Below, one piece after another: positions 58,181 through 64,000 of a stretch of DNA of 64,000 bases. Positions within the stretch are counted from its first letter, which is position 1. Every line of letters begins with the position of its first letter. Source of the DNA: a virus (lineage: Duplodnaviria > Caudoviricetes); IMG/VR virus record IMGVR_UViG_3300020460_000014, positions 1-64,000 of that record; one strand, given 5' to 3'. A program made the position numbers and the translations under genes. The notes below the pieces were generated by a model. The model saw only the letters and a program-made list of their open reading frames with translations. It was not told the origin of the DNA and did no database searches.

Positions 58181-59689
58181 TTATACAGTCTCTCCGTCTG
58201 CTAACAAGATTTCTCTTTTAGTAACTTTTATTGGACTTTCTCCGATAAAAACGGTAACTGATTCGTCTTTAGCAGATGAAGCGTATGCTTCAGCGTCTAC
58301 TTGAACTTCAGTTCCTTCGGCAAAATCACCAACTGCATATTTAAGAATTCCAGGAACGTAACCATCTTGTCTATCAACTATATCTTCGTTAGTTTCTTCA
58401 ACTTCTTCGTTAGTTGTTTCAACTTCTTCAGTAGTTTCTTCAACTTCTTCGTTAGTTGTTTCAACTGATTCGTTATTTCCTTCTATTTCTTCTTGATTTT
58501 CTTCAGCCTTTTCAGGTTCTCCTTCTGCGTTAAGTTCGTCTTCGATTTCTTTAGCTCTATCTTCGTTAGTTTCTTCAACTTCTTCATTAGTAACTTCGTC
58601 AGACTCTTCAACTTCTTCGCCATAGGCTTTTTTCATAAGTTCGTCTTCGATTTCTTTAGCTCTATCTTCAACAACAACTTTTGCGCCTTCTTCGCCTTCA
58701 TCGCTTGGAGCCTCATCAGTACCTTCTTCGCCTTTTGTCTCTCTATCTTCTGAATTATCAACCTCTTCTAAATCAGATTCGATATCTTCACCAGGAATTC
58801 CAGCCTCCTCGCCAGATTCTGTGATTTCAGTTTCAGTTTCTTCAACTTCATTTGATTCACTTGAACATTCACAAGGATCTTCACCGCATGCATCGCAAGC
58901 TTCTGTTAAATCTTCACCATTTTTAATAGTTTCAATTTCTTCTTCAAGTCTTTTAATTTCACTATTAATTAAAGTATCAGCCTCTTTGATTTCAGCAATT
59001 GACTTATCAGCCTCTGCGATAATTCCTCTTTGATCTTTTAGGAAAGCAATCATCTCTTCTAATAAATTTACTTTTGCTAATTTTTCAGCAGCCTTAATTC
59101 TTTCTCCTTCAAGAAGTTCAGCAGTCATTTCAGTAATTTCATGACCAGTTTGTTCTAAAACATAATCGAATGCTTCATTAGCGTTTAATTTACTAAATCT
59201 ATAAATTCTATTTGCTTCATTCATTCTATAAATATAGAAGTCTTCGTTAAGTTTCATTATATAACATTTAATATCGCCTTCTTCAATTTTTTGAGCGAAA
59301 TCAAGTGTAACATAACTTGAATGATTTTTTGCAGCATATTCAAAAAGTTGAATTTTTGATTTTAAACTGTAATTAACTAAGCCAGTTGCTAATAAATGAT
59401 TTGAAAAACTTTCTGAAAGAACCTCAGAGTTGTTTATAAAAAACTTTTCAGATAAAGCATCATATATTAGTTTAGTAGTTCCATGATACCATATAACTCC
59501 TTCATTAGTAATTTTAAAATTATTATTTGCTAAAACTAGGCTTCTAAATTCACCAGGTGCAGATGTTATTTCTGCTTCAGTAATTTCATTTTCATTAACT
59601 AAAAATGCCTTACCGTCTAGAGCAACATAAGAGTCTCCACTCTCTGTTACATAAATAGGTGAAATAATTCCTTTTGTAACTTTTGCCAT
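58181..59689 (-). CDS. Scaffold-like head protein with long acidic repeat tail (502 aa)
   Basis: Many xxE sites (ITE, INSE, VETTNEEVEE repeats), EDRAKEIEDEL twice; shares a 37-aa segment with the protease-scaffold. Confidence 0.55.
   Translation of the reverse strand: MAKVTKGIISPIYVTESGDSYVALDGKAFLVNENEITEAEITSAPGEFRSLVLANNNFKITNEGVIWYHGTTKLIYDALSEKFFINNSEVLSESFSNHLLATGLVNYSLKSKIQLFEYAAKNHSSYVTLDFAQKIEEGDIKCYIMKLNEDFYIYRMNEANRIYRFSKLNANEAFDYVLEQTGHEITEMTAELLEGERIKAAEKLAKVNLLEEMIAFLKDQRGIIAEADKSIAEIKEADTLINSEIKRLEEEIETIKNGEDLTEACDACGEDPCECSSESNEVEETETEITESGEEAGIPGEDIESDLEEVDNSEDRETKGEEGTDEAPSDEGEEGAKVVVEDRAKEIEDELMKKAYGEEVEESDEVTNEEVEETNEDRAKEIEDELNAEGEPEKAEENQEEIEGNNESVETTNEEVEETTEEVETTNEEVEETNEDIVDRQDGYVPGILKYAVGDFAEGTEVQVDAEAYASSAKDESVTVFIGESPIKVTKREILLADGETV
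58710..58822. repeat. Second copy of the 113-bp dispersed repeat
   Basis: See 52651..52763. Confidence 0.9.
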
Positions 59690-59731
59690 TTTATTAATTT
59701 TTATTTTTAATTATATATCTATTAAATTTTT

Positions 59732-60505
59732 CTAACTATCTAAACCGTAATTAAGAGAGTCCGTTGCGTTTTTATTATCTGTAACATTATTGTCTATATT
59801 GAACATTCTATTGCCTAAATGCCTTTCAGTTGAAAAGTCTATTGAAGGCATAAATGAATTAACCTCTATTGAAAAAGTTAACTTATATTGTCCTTTGTCA
59901 TCAAAACTATATTCAATAGGATTTTCATTTCCATAATCATCAGGCATTGCATAATAACATGCTATCCTATATAACCCTTCTTGCAAGTGACCAACTTCTA
60001 CATTATATTGATTTGATTTATATAATTTTTTAATAAGTTGTTCCGTGCACTTAAATATATCTAATAAGTTTGATAGTATAATTTCAACATCAACCGATAT
60101 TGTTATTGGTATCATCTCAAATTCTGCTCTATAGCCTCCTAAAGTTCCATTGTCTACCATTTTTTGATAGACTCCATTATTTCTTTTATTAATTAATTTT
60201 GAAGGATCCACTGTCATTGATGATAAATTAACAACTCCTCTTGGAACTTTATCATAATTTCCATCTGCCTTTTCAGGTTCTGATGAACATTCTAAACCAT
60301 TTGCTGTAGAAAAAAGAAAATGATCTCTTAAAAAGTTATCATCTCCAGTAACCGAATAATAAAAAGGAACGTCTATTTCAGCTCTAGTATCATTATCGAC
60401 CTGTCTATAAAAACTAACATTTTTATTTAGATCGGCTAATAAACCAACTATAACATGTCTAATAACACTGTCGTCTTTATTAAATTTTAAATTATAAGTG
60501 GCCAT
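59732..60505 (-). CDS. gp15: Tail terminator / sheath stabilizer (gp15-like)
   Basis: VIRHVIVGLLADL, DVPFYY, KVPRG, EMIPITISVDV, QYKLTFSIEV. Confidence 0.6.
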   Translation of the reverse strand: MATYNLKFNKDDSVIRHVIVGLLADLNKNVSFYRQVDNDTRAEIDVPFYYSVTGDDNFLRDHFLFSTANGLECSSEPEKADGNYDKVPRGVVNLSSMTVDPSKLINKRNNGVYQKMVDNGTLGGYRAEFEMIPITISVDVEIILSNLLDIFKCTEQLIKKLYKSNQYNVEVGHLQEGLYRIACYYAMPDDYGNENPIEYSFDDKGQYKLTFSIEVNSFMPSIDFSTERHLGNRMFNIDNNVTDNKNATDSLNYGLDS

Positions 60506-60508
60506 TAA

Positions 60509-60727
60509 TTATCTACATTTTACAGAAGGAACAGACTTGGACATTTGGTTAATTAATAATCCTAAAAGCGAGTCAACGTCTTCTTCGTCAACATCTAAAC
60601 TGTCTAATTTGTTTAAAATATCTCCTTCTATGTTTCTTATTTCATCTTTATATTTGTAAAGTAAATGACTATCCATAGTCTTTTCATTTAAATTTACAAA
60701 TTCTTCGAATAGTTTAATATGTTTCAT
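60509..60727 (-). CDS. Small internal head protein with CTS-like N-terminus
   Basis: MKHIKLFEEFVNLNE; GATATATA at 60732-60739. Confidence 0.55.
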   Translation of the reverse strand: MKHIKLFEEFVNLNEKTMDSHLLYKYKDEIRNIEGDILNKLDSLDVDEEDVDSLLGLLINQMSKSVPSVKCR

Positions 60728-60737
60728 CTATTATATA

Positions 60738-62408
60738 TCAATCTATTTTTTCTATTTCAAACTTAGAAAAACCGTTCTCTCTATATATTTGTATTTTTTG
60801 GTCAAATATCTCATGAGGAAGTTCAGTGTGATTTATTACAAAAGTATTTAATCCATTCTCTTTTATAACCTCATTTAATATTTTAAGAATATTATAGACT
60901 CCATCTTGGTCTACTGAACTTAATAACTCATCTAAGAACATTAGATTAAGTTGTGGAAACCTTAGTTTTAATATTTTTATTATAGCAATAATAACTATAA
61001 AATCAGCCTTCTTTCTTTCACCAGTTGAAAGCGTAAGTGGGTTAATTTCCTCTCCTAAATGATTTACAATACAGTTAAATTTCTCATCAAATCTTATATG
61101 AAATTGAAGATGCATTGTTTGAACCATCATTGCTATATTAGCATTTAATCCTGGAAGTATTGTTTGAACTGCAAGGTTTTTAACTCCATCGTCGCCTAAA
61201 ACTTCTTCTAATATTGTCATAAATGAATCCTGCTGGCCAACTTCTTCTCTTTTGCTTAATTTAGCCTTTTCAGATTTTTCAAAATCTTTTATTATTTGTC
61301 TAAGATGTTGAAATTGACTTTCATCTTGATTTGAATCTTTTATTTTAATTAACTCATCTTTAATTTCTTTAATAGAATACCTTACCTTTTCTATCCTAGT
61401 TTCTATCTGTTTTCTCTTACTTTTTAAATCAGATACTATTTTATTGCCGCTTTCTATATCGGTTTTTATATTTTCAATTTCAGAATTATTTGTTTCTAAA
61501 GTCTTTTTGAATTCACCTTTGTGTTTATTATGCCAATCACTTGTTAATTTGGTCTCACAAGAAGGACAATGACCTCTCTCATATAACTCTAATTTTTTTT
61601 GTAAATATTGGTTTTCTCTAATAATATCTTTTTTATGTTCATCTAATTCTAAAACTTTACCTTCTGCTCCTCCTAACTTTTCTTGTAATTTAACTTTTGC
61701 ATCATTAAGTTTTTTTGAATTACTCCCTAAACTTAAAAGTTCTGATTTTAACAATTCTACCTTTTCTTTATCCTTTTTATTAGATTCTTCTAAAAGATTA
61801 TTTAATCTATATCTGACTGAAGAAACGTTTTCCATGATTTGATTTAATTCAGAATCATATGAATCAATATCTAATTTGATTTGTTTTCTTTCTTCTTTAA
61901 CATTTCTAAACATATCATTTAAAACTGAAAAACCAAACATCTTATCAATAATCTGTTTTTTATCAGAATTTGACATTGTTAAAAATGACTTAAAATCATT
62001 AATACTTAATATAATTATATTTTTGAATACATGATAAGGCATGCCAAATATCTCATCTTCTAAATATTCTTGAACTGATTTTTTACCAGCCTTATCAAAT
62101 TCAACTCCATTTAAAAGAACCTTAAATCTATTAGGCATTAAACCCCTTTCTATTTCAACTTCAATATCTTTACATTGAATTCTAATCCTTACCCATAACT
62201 CTTTATTAATTCTATTTGGTAAGTCTCCTAATTTAACACCCTCAACCTTTCCATATAGCGCATAAATAATACTATTAGCGATTGTAGTTTTACCATGACC
62301 ATTTTTACCAAGTGTTAAATACAATTGAGCGTCGTTCTCAAATTCTATTTTTTGAATTGAGTTTCCGTAACTGGCAAAATTCTTAAATTCTATACTTTTA
62401 ATCTTCAT
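60738..62408 (-). CDS. gp46: Recombination ATPase subunit (Rad50/SbcC-like)
   Basis: GKNGHGKTT, CPSC zinc hook, LSTGERK, FLDE, INH. Confidence 0.93.
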   Translation of the reverse strand: MKIKSIEFKNFASYGNSIQKIEFENDAQLYLTLGKNGHGKTTIANSIIYALYGKVEGVKLGDLPNRINKELWVRIRIQCKDIEVEIERGLMPNRFKVLLNGVEFDKAGKKSVQEYLEDEIFGMPYHVFKNIIILSINDFKSFLTMSNSDKKQIIDKMFGFSVLNDMFRNVKEERKQIKLDIDSYDSELNQIMENVSSVRYRLNNLLEESNKKDKEKVELLKSELLSLGSNSKKLNDAKVKLQEKLGGAEGKVLELDEHKKDIIRENQYLQKKLELYERGHCPSCETKLTSDWHNKHKGEFKKTLETNNSEIENIKTDIESGNKIVSDLKSKRKQIETRIEKVRYSIKEIKDELIKIKDSNQDESQFQHLRQIIKDFEKSEKAKLSKREEVGQQDSFMTILEEVLGDDGVKNLAVQTILPGLNANIAMMVQTMHLQFHIRFDEKFNCIVNHLGEEINPLTLSTGERKKADFIVIIAIIKILKLRFPQLNLMFLDELLSSVDQDGVYNILKILNEVIKENGLNTFVINHTELPHEIFDQKIQIYRENGFSKFEIEKID

Positions 62409-63520
62409 TCTTCTAAATCGTAATTATTAACGCAATTATTATAGATATTATTTAATTTTTCTAATATCTTCTTTTTAAGATCTTTATCGTAATTCATTGA
62501 ATTTACATACTTCTCACATAATCCTAAAACGCTGTAATTTTTCTGCATCTCTTCAATTTCATCCAAATCATAAAGATCTTTATCTATAAAACTATCTTCT
62601 TGATAAATATTGGGTTCTATTCTTCTGCCTATTTTCTGCACTTTATTAATCAAATTAGAAAGTGCTGAAGTTGTAGCAATATCGGATGGAACGTATAAAT
62701 CTATAAAATTATTTTTTATCTGTTCTTTAAAAGCGCCCAATGGCATGTCATATAACATTTTTATATTATACCTTAAAAACTTTGGACTAATTTTATTTTC
62801 AAAGAATGTTTCTTCCATCGTTTCTAAATCAACAAGGTCAAATCCTTTTGGATTATTCATATCTGATCTAGTTAATTGATATGGAACTCCAACCATTAAA
62901 AGTTTTCCTTTGTTTTGTCTATAATGAATATGTCCGCTATAAACTCTTGTATATTTGTCATAAATATTACTTTCGTTACCATGCTGGTTTTTGACCTTTG
63001 AATTAAGGTATATTCCTCTTACTTCAGAGTGACAAAATACTATTTCGCTGGTTGGATTATCAGCAAGGGTTTCTGCTTCATGGGCTGAATCTCTTCTCCA
63101 CGGCATTAAAAGTATTTTTCTATCAGACCATTTATACATTACAGGATCCGTATAAACTTGGACATTTGGAATCCATTTAAGAGTATCTATTGATGTTATT
63201 GAATTTGACTTTTTAGCCCATATATCATGGTTTCCTACTATTATATGAACTGGAAGAATCTCTCCTAATCTTTCAAATAAACTTATTGCATAATTTAATA
63301 CTCTTATGTTAATACTTTGTCTATTATCAAAAGTATCTCCAACTTGTACTAAAACGTCGCCTGGTTTATAATGTTTTTTAAGAGTTGGCAAGAATAGATT
63401 TTCGAAAAAGTCCTTTTGAATTTCTAACCATTCTAATGAATTAGACCTTACCCCAAAATGTAAGTCACCTAAGACCCAAACCCTCTTTACAGGTTCTTGT
63501 ATTGTTTTTAATTCTATCAT
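62405..63520 (-). CDS. gp47: Recombination nuclease subunit (Mre11/SbcD-like)
   Basis: GDLHFG, GDTFD, GNHD, SGHIH. Confidence 0.93.
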   Translation of the reverse strand: MIELKTIQEPVKRVWVLGDLHFGVRSNSLEWLEIQKDFFENLFLPTLKKHYKPGDVLVQVGDTFDNRQSINIRVLNYAISLFERLGEILPVHIIVGNHDIWAKKSNSITSIDTLKWIPNVQVYTDPVMYKWSDRKILLMPWRRDSAHEAETLADNPTSEIVFCHSEVRGIYLNSKVKNQHGNESNIYDKYTRVYSGHIHYRQNKGKLLMVGVPYQLTRSDMNNPKGFDLVDLETMEETFFENKISPKFLRYNIKMLYDMPLGAFKEQIKNNFIDLYVPSDIATTSALSNLINKVQKIGRRIEPNIYQEDSFIDKDLYDLDEIEEMQKNYSVLGLCEKYVNSMNYDKDLKKKILEKLNNIYNNCVNNYDLEE

Positions 63521-63961
63521 TTAGAATAATTTATTAATGTTCTTTTTGGAAAGTACTTTGGTTTTTTTGTCTAATTCTATTATTAATTCTTCTTTAAATA
63601 TATTAGAAAGGGAATTGTAAAATTTAACAGGTTCAATGTTGAAATAGTTACAAAGTTCTGAAAAAATATCGATCCTTGAGTATTTTTTTAATAACTCATC
63701 TAAGATATAACTATAAACTTCATTAATATCAAGTTTTTTTAATTTTATGACTTCTGCAAATTCATTCACTTCATTGAATTTTTTAAATCTAGAAAGTTCT
63801 ATTGTGTCATGTATTTCTGCTGAAAGCATTTCATAGTAGATGTTTTCTTCTTCAGTAAAACTTCCTCTAACACTAGCATCTAAATCAAAAGAAATAGATT
63901 TGGCCTCCATTTCTGGGGATTCGAAATTATTATCAAATATTTTATCAGTCTTGTTTCTCAT
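63521..63961 (-). CDS. Hypothetical protein (146 aa)
   Basis: ORF track. Confidence 0.6.
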   Translation of the reverse strand: MRNKTDKIFDNNFESPEMEAKSISFDLDASVRGSFTEEENIYYEMLSAEIHDTIELSRFKKFNEVNEFAEVIKLKKLDINEVYSYILDELLKKYSRIDIFSELCNYFNIEPVKFYNSLSNIFKEELIIELDKKTKVLSKKNINKLF

Positions 63962-64000
63962 ATTGCATGTAAGTTGCTTGCTGTAATTTCCTCGGTTTCC
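63958..64000 (-). CDS. 3' end of an upstream CDS (partial)
   Basis: ...ETEEITASNLHAI* with TGA overlapping the ATG at 63961. Confidence 0.45.
   Translation of the reverse strand, partial: ETEEITASNLHAI

Noticed and set aside
58380-58680. DNA repeats (ttcttcaacttcttcgttagttgt) as a non-coding array
   Set aside because: In-frame codon repeats encoding EEVETTN and EDRAKEIEDEL within the 502-aa CDS
40020-62408. Inteins, group I introns or homing endonucleases in terminase, capsid, portal or gp46
   Set aside because: Proteins are of ordinary length with contiguous motifs; no LAGLIDADG, HNH or GIY-YIG ORF recognised

Overview
64-kb AT-rich fragment of a large T4-like (myovirus) phage genome. The host is probably a marine Flavobacteriia/Bacteroidota bacterium, inferred from a Bacteroidota-type TonB receptor, an Hc1-like protein, a flavobacterial-type tRNA-Ala and A-rich leaders without Shine-Dalgarno sequences. 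Almost all genes are on the minus strand and use standard code 11. The right half (32.4-64 kb) holds the T4-like core: tape measure, gp51/gp26, tail tube and sheath, terminases, neck, clamp loader, RNase H-like exonuclease, major capsid, protease-scaffold, portal, gp2, gp4, gp55, gp15 and gp46/47. The left half is accessory: tail-fibre end, a 902-aa internal polyprotein, early genes behind a repeated promoter (including an exact 867-bp tandem duplication), a lysis cassette, tRNA-Ala, an ECF sigma factor, a metabolic island (guanylate kinase, photolyase-like, peptidase C26, GH16, lysozyme-like, AlkB), DNA ligase, MarC and a TonB receptor/lipoprotein operon with a Pho-box-like repeat. The best candidates for new biology are (1) that possibly phosphate-responsive outer-membrane uptake operon, (2) capsid-targeted, protease-cleavable polyproteins, and (3) promoter-bounded gene cassettes that amplify. 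All calls come from motif recognition by eye; no searches were run.
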